Source: a virus. Taken from it: a DNA stretch of 64,000 nucleotides. Under the pieces are notes generated by a model. That model worked only from the letters and a program-made list of their open reading frames with translations, was not told where the DNA came from and searched no databases. The translations under genes and the position numbers were made by a program. The DNA is taken from IMG/VR virus record IMGVR_UViG_3300021077_000087, positions 1 to 64,000 of that record, one strand, 5' to 3'. Numbering within the stretch: position 1 is the stretch's first letter; every line of letters begins with the position of its first letter. Of the stretch, positions 1 through 7,403 are shown in pieces.

Positions 1-1030
1 CATTCAGATGGACAAGATCATGCCATGTGAGAGAATCATCGTCATCATCATCATCGTCATCATCATCATCATCATCCTCTACAACAGGTTTCTTTTTGTG
101 ACTCGGAGCAGGTGCAGATTTTTTCTTACGTGAAGGTGGTGCTGGTTCATCATCATCATCTTCATCATCATCCTCTTCTACCACACCTTTGTGATTTCGT
201 TTTTTTGATTTTTCATCGTCATCGTCATCATCAACGACTTTCTTTTTTCCTTTCTTTACTGGTGGTTCATCATCATCATCGTCCGTTTCAGCATCAACTT
301 CAAAGAATTTTGCTTCCAATTCATCGTAAGTCATTACCAAAAGTAGTTCATCTAATTTTGGTGATTTCTCAAGAATGGATTCTTTATAAGGTCGTGACCG
401 TTCAACAACCGTGATTTTAGTAGCTTCCGCAAAAGGCTTGCTTGTACCAATTGTTTTTTCGGTAAAGCGAATCTTCAAAGAAACACCATCTGTAATATCC
501 ATGAAATCTTCCGGTACTGAATCTTCTTTCAATTCATCATCCAAAAGTTTTTGAAACATTGCATGACTAATATCGAAGACATGAAGTTTTCCTTTTTCAA
601 ACTTATCCGAATCCAATGGATTTACTACATACAAATAACGATCTGATGATTTCAGAGCACTTAAATCATCTTTTGAAGCACCTTCTTTTCCAATTTTTGC
701 TTTGTATTCACAAACCGGACAAGGTTTTCCGAATGTTTGAAGGCAAACTACTGAATCCTTTTTCGATCCAATATTCCTGTGAGATTTGAATGGTAAACGA
801 TACCATAATGATCCTGGAACAGCAATACCTTCATCGGTAAACTTATCAGGATGCCTTTTCATAGTAACCTCATATGGAATAAAATCTAAGGTTACTGATT
901 TTCCAGGTACAGGTGAGAATACTGACACCCCACTTGGAAGTTTCAAATACCCATAACTAAAAGCTTCTTTTGCTTTTCGTTCTGATGCATCTTTTACTTT
1001 TCCTTTAAAACTTGTTTTGTTTGTTCTCAT
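1..1030 (-). CDS. T4 gp32-like single-stranded DNA-binding protein, partial; the C-terminus runs off the left edge
   Basis: I translated this by hand from the ATG at 1030-1028 with no stop down to position 1; it is missing from the ORF track because it has no in-window stop. The product starts MRTNKTSFKGKV and contains CLQTFGKPCPVCEY, a Cys-X8-Cys-X2-Cys zinc-ribbon-like site. It ends in an extreme acidic tail of D-runs alternating with KKK/P. It sits beside the clamp loader. Confidence 0.55.
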   Translation of the reverse strand, partial: MRTNKTSFKGKVKDASERKAKEAFSYGYLKLPSGVSVFSPVPGKSVTLDFIPYEVTMKRHPDKFTDEGIAVPGSLWYRLPFKSHRNIGSKKDSVVCLQTFGKPCPVCEYKAKIGKEGASKDDLSALKSSDRYLYVVNPLDSDKFEKGKLHVFDISHAMFQKLLDDELKEDSVPEDFMDITDGVSLKIRFTEKTIGTSKPFAEATKITVVERSRPYKESILEKSPKLDELLLVMTYDELEAKFFEVDAETDDDDDEPPVKKGKKKVVDDDDDDEKSKKRNHKGVVEEDDDEDDDDEPAPPSRKKKSAPAPSHKKKPVVEDDDDDDDDDDDDDDSLTWHDLVHLN

Positions 1031-1056
1031 GTTCATTTTCAATTTTAGATAAATAC

Positions 1057-1560
1057 TTATTCAACACTTTTCTTACGTTGCATTGTTCTGCCTATTTTCA
1101 AATTTAATTCTTGTTGTAATGCTTTTCTTTTTTCCATTTCATCATGTAGATTTCGTGGAACGTTTGGACCGGCAAAATATTCCTGACCATGTAGAGTTAC
1201 AAGATTTTCAAGTGCTGCTTTTCGAGTAAATGAAAATTCATTCTTTGCGCCTTCTGCCATTGTAAATTCATATTGAGCTTCAACCCATTCATTTTTTGCA
1301 GCTTTGTGTTTTGGATGATTTCGGTAGTAAGCTTCAATATCCGCAACGTTTGGCTTCTCCTTATTACAGAATCGAACCGGATTACTATTTGCACGTTTGA
1401 TTAATTCGGCACGAATCACTTTTATAGCTTCCTCTGCAAGAGTTAATCGTTTACGACATTTTGCATAATGTTTAACATATTTCATTGACAGGGCTGCTTG
1501 TCCTGCCCATTCAACGTCTAATGCATCAACATCAATTTCAAGGTCTTTTTTATAATTCAT
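1057..1560 (-). CDS. Hypothetical protein; possibly a UvsY-like recombination mediator (weak)
   Basis: 167-aa ORF directly upstream of the SSB gene. Its N-terminal KKDLEIDVDALDVEWAGQAALSMKYVKHYAK loosely recalls the T4 UvsY N-terminus as I remember it. No motif proof. Confidence 0.3.
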   Translation of the reverse strand: MNYKKDLEIDVDALDVEWAGQAALSMKYVKHYAKCRKRLTLAEEAIKVIRAELIKRANSNPVRFCNKEKPNVADIEAYYRNHPKHKAAKNEWVEAQYEFTMAEGAKNEFSFTRKAALENLVTLHGQEYFAGPNVPRNLHDEMEKRKALQQELNLKIGRTMQRKKSVE

Positions 1561-1564
1561 AATA

Positions 1565-1738
1565 TTAATTAAAATTTATTTTCTTTTCATAAAGATTTTC
1601 TTGTTTTATAAAATTAATTAATCTTTCCTCAAGCCAATCTATATATTCAGTAAGCCTGAATCTTGGTCCTTCAATTGCTTTGCCTGTTTCATTTTTATAG
1701 AGCGAAAGAAGTTGCTCTTGTTCTAATTTTGAAATCAT
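1565..1738 (-). CDS. Small hypothetical protein (57 aa)
   Basis: Hand-translated MISKLEQEQLLSLYKNETGK...KINFN*. It fills the gap between two co-oriented genes and falls below the ORF-track length cutoff. Confidence 0.35.
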   Translation of the reverse strand: MISKLEQEQLLSLYKNETGKAIEGPRFRLTEYIDWLEERLINFIKQENLYEKKINFN

Positions 1739-1749
1739 AATAAAAATAT

Positions 1750-2664
1750 TTAAGATTTAACAATTTGATAGCACACGAAAACCAATCCCGGAAAGCCAGA
1801 ATTATAAAACGGCTCAACGAAATACTCAAGTACCATCGCAGCTCTATTATGGTCTGCTTTTAAAAGCACGGCTGAACAATAGCCCATAACTACTCGTCTA
1901 ATATCTTCGGGTTCCTGATCTTTTAAACCGGCTAAAATCGTCTTGATTTCTTTCCAGCCACTCCCTTGTTTTAATAGTAATCTACAAAGTTCAATACTTT
2001 GTGATTGCAATTCTGCAGTACGTTGAGCAACAATTAAACGCATATCTTCATCTACGTTTAAAACTTGCTCAAGAATTTGAATAGCATTTCGTGGATGTCC
2101 CTGACTGTCTTGAATGATTTGAGCATAAACTTCTGCATCAAGTTTTTCACCTTCTTCCCTAATAATTCCACGAAGCAAACCTTTCATCTGAACATCGGAT
2201 AGAGGTTTTACTTGCATTTCGATACACCTTCCACGTATAGCAGAAATTAGTTTTTGTGGTTCAGTAGTGGTAAGAATAAAATAAATATGTGGTGGTGTAT
2301 CTTCAAATATTTTTAATAATGCATTTTGAGCATCTGATGTAAGCTTATGCACCTCATTCATAATCCAAACCCTTACGTCTCCTTGCAATGGTTTATATTG
2401 GGAATTTTTGCGAATCTCTCTCACCATATCAATTCCACGAAAATCAGCAGAATCAATTTCTCTTAAATCTGTTCCGACACAACCCAAACGTTCAGCTAAA
2501 ATTCTGCCTATTGTTGTTTTACCACAACCTGTTGCTCCATGAAATAAAAATACATGAGGACAAGTTGTTGGTTTACTTAGCATCTTTTCCAAGGATGCTA
2601 TAATAGTTTCATTGCCTTTTACCGATTCTAAATCAGTTGGCCGGTATTTCAGATATAAACTCAT
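1750..2664 (-). CDS. Clamp loader AAA+ ATPase (RFC / gp44 / DnaX-like)
   Basis: Walker A GATGCGKTT, Walker-B-like IMNEVH (Asn in place of Asp), sensor FILTTT and an SRC-type motif SAIRGRC. Lies in the replication gene neighbourhood. Confidence 0.85.
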   Translation of the reverse strand: MSLYLKYRPTDLESVKGNETIIASLEKMLSKPTTCPHVFLFHGATGCGKTTIGRILAERLGCVGTDLREIDSADFRGIDMVREIRKNSQYKPLQGDVRVWIMNEVHKLTSDAQNALLKIFEDTPPHIYFILTTTEPQKLISAIRGRCIEMQVKPLSDVQMKGLLRGIIREEGEKLDAEVYAQIIQDSQGHPRNAIQILEQVLNVDEDMRLIVAQRTAELQSQSIELCRLLLKQGSGWKEIKTILAGLKDQEPEDIRRVVMGYCSAVLLKADHNRAAMVLEYFVEPFYNSGFPGLVFVCYQIVKS

Positions 2665-2858
2665 TCGGAAAATCTTAAAATTACTTTTGCAATTATTGAT
2701 ACAGGTGCTTCGATAGTTGATAAATCAATCATATCAAATTCGATACGATCAATTTTAACTCCTTGTTGTTCTTGAAATTCTTGTAATGGCTGATTTAGCA
2801 AGAATCTTATGTGTTTTTGCAATTCAAGAATTTTCTGTTCTTTAGTTGGATCACTCAT
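2661..2858 (-). CDS. Hypothetical protein
   Basis: The ORF is 2661..2900. The internal ATG at 2858 (MSDPTKEQ...) gives an 8-nt overlap with the upstream stop. The gene is translationally coupled (ATGA) to the clamp loader gene. Confidence 0.4.
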   Translation of the reverse strand: MSDPTKEQKILELQKHIRFLLNQPLQEFQEQQGVKIDRIEFDMIDLSTIEAPVSIIAKVILRFSE

Positions 2859-3081
2859 TTTCTTTATTTTTAAAATATTCCTTGTCAAAAATATCAACAT
2901 TTTTTACGTTAAACAAATCAATAATCCAAGTGATTAACCATATTAAATAAATAAATCCAACTACTCCATAAAGCCATTCTGGAGCATGCCATTTATCAAA
3001 GCATAAGTAAAATACTAATGCTGGTATAATAGGTGACTTTGGTAGTAAATTTTCACTACTAATTACGTTTCTCTTTTTCAT
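2851..3081 (-). CDS. Small membrane protein
   Basis: 76 aa with two hydrophobic stretches (IIPALVFYLCF; VVGFIYLIWLITWII). Tightly packed in the operon. Confidence 0.4.
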   Translation of the reverse strand: MKKRNVISSENLLPKSPIIPALVFYLCFDKWHAPEWLYGVVGFIYLIWLITWIIDLFNVKNVDIFDKEYFKNKENE

Positions 3082-3290
3082 TTTGTTCTAATCATTTTTG
3101 GTACTGGTTTAATTGTTCTCTGCATTTTAATAACACTCAACAAAGCCCATCCCCACATTCCCATGTAACAAGGGATTGGCCGGTGTGAATTTTCTTCCAT
3201 TTTTACCAATGTAATAACATAACCATTTTTAAGCAAACTTTTTGTTTCTCTTTTTTCTTTGGAGGATGTTATGTACTTTTTTCGTTTCAT
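3078..3290 (-). CDS. Hypothetical protein
   Basis: 70-aa ORF with a 4-nt overlap with the next gene. Confidence 0.35.
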   Translation of the reverse strand: MKRKKYITSSKEKRETKSLLKNGYVITLVKMEENSHRPIPCYMGMWGWALLSVIKMQRTIKPVPKMIRTK

Positions 3291-3319
3291 AACAAGAAAT
3301 TTAATTTAATTATTTCATT

Positions 3320-4714
3320 TTATTTGAATTTATATTTTTCTTTTTTACTCCACGGTTGATCTACAGGACTTAATTCCATGTCAACATCAAGCGGAACATT
3401 GATCCATTCCCACTCATTCGGTAAATCTGTGCACGTTATTTTATATATAGTTGCTGCTACGTGTTTTAATTCGTCAGGGTGTACATCTAAAAGAATTGAA
3501 TCATGTATTTGTCCTATTAACTTTGTATCCCATTTTTCTTTTAGCATTAAAGCATCGGATTTTATAAAAGACCAAAGCAAACACATAAATCCACCGTTTT
3601 GTCCAGGATAGTTGCAAACTTGTTTTTTATTCATAACTCCCTGACAACGAAATCCTGTTAGCAAATCTATATATCCTGTACGTTGATACTTAGCGAACCA
3701 AATATCTTTCCATTTTGCATATTCGGGGAATCTGTTTTGCCATAAATCTACTTCAATATTTTTTATATGCATCATAAACTGATCATATGATTTTATTCCG
3801 TTTTTAATCATATGATCAGCCAAATTGGAACCATCCAAAGTTACACCCATTCCTGCTTGCCATTTTGTTTTAGGCAACTCTCCCCAGTTACAAGCTACGT
3901 TTTCAGCACAACCCTTGTACCAATCCCCATAAAATTCTGGAAATACAAATCCGTTTTTAGCAGCTTGTCTTAGGAATTTATGTCCTTTGATGCTTTCATC
4001 GAATTCTTTCAGTTTGAACAATTGTATAGCAACATCCCTATGCATATCCGTAGTAGGGTCTTTTATGTATCGAACAAGATTTGTATCTTTGTTAATACAA
4101 GCATTAATTCTTACTTCAATACCTGAATAGTCAATCTCCAGTAGTTGATGTCCAGGACGTGGAAATAAAGCAGAACGCACTACTTTTTTAGCATATTCAT
4201 CCCTTATAGGTATGTTTTGGAAGTTAGGATTGTTACTGCTACTTCTGTATGTTACAACGGTATTTAGATTGAAAAATGGGTGAATGTAACCGTCAACTTG
4301 TTCTCTTGTATATCCATCCAAATAAGTATCTCTGATTTTTTTAAGTTGTCCTATTTTGATCAATAAGTCTAAATCAGGAATTCCCAATTGTTTTAATGCT
4401 TTTTCATCGGTACTGCCTTTTCCTGTTTTTGTTTCTTTTTGTATTTTTATATGTTTTGTTTCATACAGATATTTTGCAAGTTGTGGATTGGATTCGATGT
4501 TTATCTTACCTTTAGAATGTTTTTGCCAATCCTTACAGAAATCTGTTTCTATGAATTCTTCTTGCAAATGTGTTATCTTATTGGTTATTTGTACTTTCTT
4601 ACGATTGACATAATCCATATCAACCCTTATACCTTGACGTTCGGCTCTGGTAAGTGCAAGTGTTCCTTGATGTAATAAACGATATGCATCGTATGTCAGT
4701 GGAGATATACTCAT
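3320..4714 (-). CDS. Family A DNA polymerase, polymerase (palm/fingers/thumb) domain only
   Basis: YRSSSNNPNFQNIP (RxSSxxPNxQNIP), motif A DYSGIEVR, motif B RQAAKNGFVFPEFYG and motif C IHDSILLDV. The polypeptide has no exonuclease motifs. Confidence 0.9.
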   Translation of the reverse strand: MSISPLTYDAYRLLHQGTLALTRAERQGIRVDMDYVNRKKVQITNKITHLQEEFIETDFCKDWQKHSKGKINIESNPQLAKYLYETKHIKIQKETKTGKGSTDEKALKQLGIPDLDLLIKIGQLKKIRDTYLDGYTREQVDGYIHPFFNLNTVVTYRSSSNNPNFQNIPIRDEYAKKVVRSALFPRPGHQLLEIDYSGIEVRINACINKDTNLVRYIKDPTTDMHRDVAIQLFKLKEFDESIKGHKFLRQAAKNGFVFPEFYGDWYKGCAENVACNWGELPKTKWQAGMGVTLDGSNLADHMIKNGIKSYDQFMMHIKNIEVDLWQNRFPEYAKWKDIWFAKYQRTGYIDLLTGFRCQGVMNKKQVCNYPGQNGGFMCLLWSFIKSDALMLKEKWDTKLIGQIHDSILLDVHPDELKHVAATIYKITCTDLPNEWEWINVPLDVDMELSPVDQPWSKKEKYKFK

Positions 4715-4908
4715 GATTCTTCAGAAGTATTTGTTAAACTCAATGCTTCTTCTGCTAAGACATAATCTATTGTCCTTTGTAACATTGATGCTCTTGTTAG
4801 ATTTTTTGAATCAGGCATATCATTTTCTTGACAATAAATAATACTTTTATCTAATACCAATAATTGTTCTTCTGTCAAAGACACTAAAAATACTTTTTTA
4901 TTACTCAT
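4711..4908 (-). CDS. Hypothetical protein
   Basis: 65-aa ORF with overlap-coupled ends on both sides. Confidence 0.4.
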   Translation of the reverse strand: MSNKKVFLVSLTEEQLLVLDKSIIYCQENDMPDSKNLTRASMLQRTIDYVLAEEALSLTNTSEES

Positions 4909-5291
4909 ATCTTATTTATTATTTTTGCTGGACAATTATGTTCATATTTAATAAATTGTCTATCAATTACAGTAAATCTCATTAAACCATGACGTTTACC
5001 TGTTGATCCACAATTCTTACATTGCATAATATCATAACCACTTTTTTGAGAAACTAAACTTTTCTTTTCCCAAACGTGTCGTAAAAATTCGGTTGTTTTT
5101 TTCAATACACGAGTGCTTATAACTCTGCGTGGACTTTCTTGAGGTTGTAGATAAGCATTGTAATCACGAATGATTCGTTTTGCTCGATCATGAATAGATT
5201 CTCCTGGATCAAGAACACATGAGATATTTTCAACCCATGATTCTCCACCTGTTAAATCATTAACCAACATAGCAAAATCTGTTCTTTTCAT
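4905..5291 (-). CDS. Hypothetical protein with a CxxC pair
   Basis: The ORF is 4905..5372. The start at 5291 (MKRTDFAMLV) forms an ATGA overlap with the upstream stop. Contains CKNCGSTGKRHG. Confidence 0.4.
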   Translation of the reverse strand: MKRTDFAMLVNDLTGGESWVENISCVLDPGESIHDRAKRIIRDYNAYLQPQESPRRVISTRVLKKTTEFLRHVWEKKSLVSQKSGYDIMQCKNCGSTGKRHGLMRFTVIDRQFIKYEHNCPAKIINKI

Positions 5292-5533
5292 GATTCGATA
5301 AGATATAAAAATTCCTTCCAACCAGCAGGGTTTTCCATAATATTGAATCGCCCATCGGGTAACCAAAACCAAACGTCATTCATTTCGTTCATCATGGAAT
5401 TCCAATTCTTTTCTTCTCTAAGGGATAATAATTTATCCCATCTACCAGGAAAGTATTGATCCCAAAACCATTTGAATGTATCTTTAGTTTCATCAAATTT
5501 CTTAAACCAATCTTCTATTTCTTGCTGTGTCAT
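5288..5533 (-). CDS. Hypothetical protein
   Basis: 81-aa Trp-rich ORF, the first gene after the tRNA-like intergenic region. Confidence 0.4.
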   Translation of the reverse strand: MTQQEIEDWFKKFDETKDTFKWFWDQYFPGRWDKLLSLREEKNWNSMMNEMNDVWFWLPDGRFNIMENPAGWKEFLYLIES

Positions 5534-5553
5534 AGTTTTTGTTTTTTAAAAAA

Positions 5554-5881
5554 AGCTGACAGTACAGCCGAATACAAAACACAGGTCATACAATTAAAAC
5601 CTACAAAACTTTTAATCGGGTTTAAAAGAACTTTTCGTTTTAAGTGTTAAACTTTAATCAAAAAGAACTTTAAAATTTAATCTTTATACCTTTCAGATTT
5701 AAACTTTAAACTTTTCAGTCTATTTTAATTTCATGCTCTACCAGCTGAGCTAAAAGTCCTATGTAGACTTTGATGGATTTGAACCACCGACCCTGAAATC
5801 CCATTTTTGTCTGTTTAGCATACAGATGCTTTTCTGACCCTCAAGCAGGGAATTGTGTTTGTGTTTTTCGTACTGTCAGCT
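5554..5881. repeat. 12-bp perfect inverted repeat bracketing the whole tRNA-like intergenic region
   Basis: agctgacagtac at 5554-5565 and gtactgtcagct at 5870-5881. A/T runs lie immediately outside both arms. Confidence 0.8.
5734..5846 (-). tRNA. tRNA-Ser(GCU)-like element with non-canonical (permuted-looking) order of parts
   Basis: Reading the minus strand, the parts are:
- Positions 5846-5827: Ser-type D-arm-like GCT-TGAGGGTCAGAAA-AGC-A.
- Positions 5826-5764: anticodon arm TCTGT-ATGCTAA-ACAGA (anticodon GCT), a 21-nt variable region, T-arm GGTGG-TTCAAAT-CCATC, then AAAGTCT-A.
- A 4-nt linker CATA.
- Positions 5759-5734: GGACTTT-TA-GCTC-AGCTGGTA-GAGC-A, which is a 5' acceptor strand plus a canonical D-arm.

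GGACTTT pairs with AAAGTCT (6 Watson-Crick pairs plus G:U). No complementary 5' acceptor strand exists upstream. Confidence 0.45.
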
Positions 5882-5891
5882 AATTTTTTAT

Positions 5892-6527
5892 TTATATTCC
5901 GATCAGAGTAATCGCATTTATTTCGGAAAGAATAGCATCAACTTCTGTTTCAAACAGCATCAATTCTCTTTCCATTTTTTCGGTACAAGCTACAACTCCT
6001 AATGGATCAATCATTGTCCATTCATTTTGTTCCATAAATGGTTTTCTTACAGCTTCCATATCAGTATTGGTAACTTTTACATTTTCTTTTCCGAAAGTTG
6101 CGAGTAAGATATTTTGACAATTTTGTTCAACAGCATCATTTACTTTATTCATATTGGCTGTAACTGCTTTGTAGTCTTTCCGCATAGAAGCAATCAATTG
6201 CTTTTTAACAGCGATCAATGTCTTGTAATTGATTGCATCGGCAATTGACATTTTCTGTTCACCAATTGTGACTTCTACTTCGGTATTCCGTTTTACAATA
6301 GCACACTTGATCTTGTTTTTACGCTCGATCAAAGCTAAGATGCTATCATAATTTGATTTTGCACTTTTGATGAATTCTGCTTCATCGGTAACATTGTTTA
6401 CCTTTTTGTCTTTTTGTTTAAGACCACAAGGGATCATTTGCTCAATCTGTTTTTGAATACGAGCATCAATCAGTTTCAATTCTGCCAATCCTCTGTGAAT
6501 TGTCATTTGCATTTTTTCAGTTTCCAT
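5892..6527 (-). CDS. Hypothetical protein (coiled-coil-like)
   Basis: 211-aa ORF, co-oriented, with no recognisable motif. Confidence 0.5.
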   Translation of the reverse strand: METEKMQMTIHRGLAELKLIDARIQKQIEQMIPCGLKQKDKKVNNVTDEAEFIKSAKSNYDSILALIERKNKIKCAIVKRNTEVEVTIGEQKMSIADAINYKTLIAVKKQLIASMRKDYKAVTANMNKVNDAVEQNCQNILLATFGKENVKVTNTDMEAVRKPFMEQNEWTMIDPLGVVACTEKMERELMLFETEVDAILSEINAITLIGI

Positions 6528-6554
6528 AATCTTTTAACTTTTAATTGTTTTTAT

Positions 6555-6740
6555 TTATAATTCTTCTTCCGGTGCACGTGCAATATTTGCTATATCGTTG
6601 GCTTTCCATTCAAAATCTACTTTCCTGAATTGTACTTGTTTTCCTTCAAATTTCAAAGCACGATTTTCTGCTTTCATTCCTTCAATTTCAGCTTGCTTAG
6701 CATATATTAATGCAAGTCTTTTTACATCATAATTTGTCAT
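6555..6740 (-). CDS. Hypothetical protein
   Basis: 61-aa ORF between ThyX and the 211-aa ORF. Confidence 0.35.
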   Translation of the reverse strand: MTNYDVKRLALIYAKQAEIEGMKAENRALKFEGKQVQFRKVDFEWKANDIANIARAPEEEL

Positions 6741-6752
6741 AAGTTTTTTGTT

Positions 6753-7403
6753 TTAATCAGGAAAATCAATATCATCAAAAATAATTGGAATCAAAGATTG
6801 CAGTTCACGAAGTAAAGGACACATCAATTCACGCATTTGTGGATGTGCTTTCGTGGATGTTCTTTGTTTGAAGATAGTTCTCCACTCACGAAGATTAGCA
6901 GTTACCACAATTTCCGTTTTCAAAGAATTAGGTAAGATAGTTCTTGCCTGTTGTGGTTGCCATCCAAGAAAAATTAAACGGTTATATTGTTTTTCAATAT
7001 CTCGCAAAGTATTAAACCAAATTGAACTCATTTCTTTATCTTCCTCTGATGTGTTTTCTGTAATCACAGGCAACCAATTTGGAATGATAAATGTTAATTC
7101 CTTCCCAAATTTTCCAGTAGCATAATTACAATACCGTGTACTTTCCTGAGAGAATGAACACAATCTGTGTCGAACAATCTCATGACTTACACCACGATCA
7201 CAAATAAATTTAACACTTAGTACATGATGTTCAATTACAGATTCATGTCCTGATTTAATAATCATCTGAACAAATTTCTTTGCAGAATCCGGTGTGATAT
7301 TTTCCTCACTTTTATAGCAAGTACGACCTATTGCTTCAAGGTCTTTGCAAATGGAGATTGTTACTCCATGCAGAATTTGATAACTGGGTTTAATTAATTT
7401 CAT
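6753..7403 (-). CDS. thyX: Flavin-dependent thymidylate synthase ThyX
   Basis: ThyX signature RHRLCSFSQESTRY (RHRxxSxxxxSxRY). Size is 216 aa. Confidence 0.9.
   Translation of the reverse strand: MKLIKPSYQILHGVTISICKDLEAIGRTCYKSEENITPDSAKKFVQMIIKSGHESVIEHHVLSVKFICDRGVSHEIVRHRLCSFSQESTRYCNYATGKFGKELTFIIPNWLPVITENTSEEDKEMSSIWFNTLRDIEKQYNRLIFLGWQPQQARTILPNSLKTEIVVTANLREWRTIFKQRTSTKAHPQMRELMCPLLRELQSLIPIIFDDIDFPD

Noticed and set aside
112-414. 100-aa His-rich plus-strand ORF (HHHHLHHH...).
   Set aside because: It is the antisense reading of the GAT/GAC poly-Asp tail of the minus-strand gp32-like gene. The His runs are a codon-complement artefact.
5805-5826. Plus-strand reading of the anticodon-like hairpin (loop TTAGCAT, anticodon AGC, Ala).
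   Set aside because: On the plus strand the other arms lose tRNA signatures. There is no GG in the D-loop and no TTCRANY T-loop. Only the minus-strand reading is tRNA-like.
5764-5846. Interpreting the tRNA-Ser fragment simply as an attP core for integration into a host tRNA gene.
   Set aside because: I did not adopt this as the primary explanation. No integrase, excisionase or other lysogeny gene is recognisable in 64 kb, and it does not explain the adjacent complementary 5' acceptor/D-arm half. It remains an alternative and is listed in the finding.
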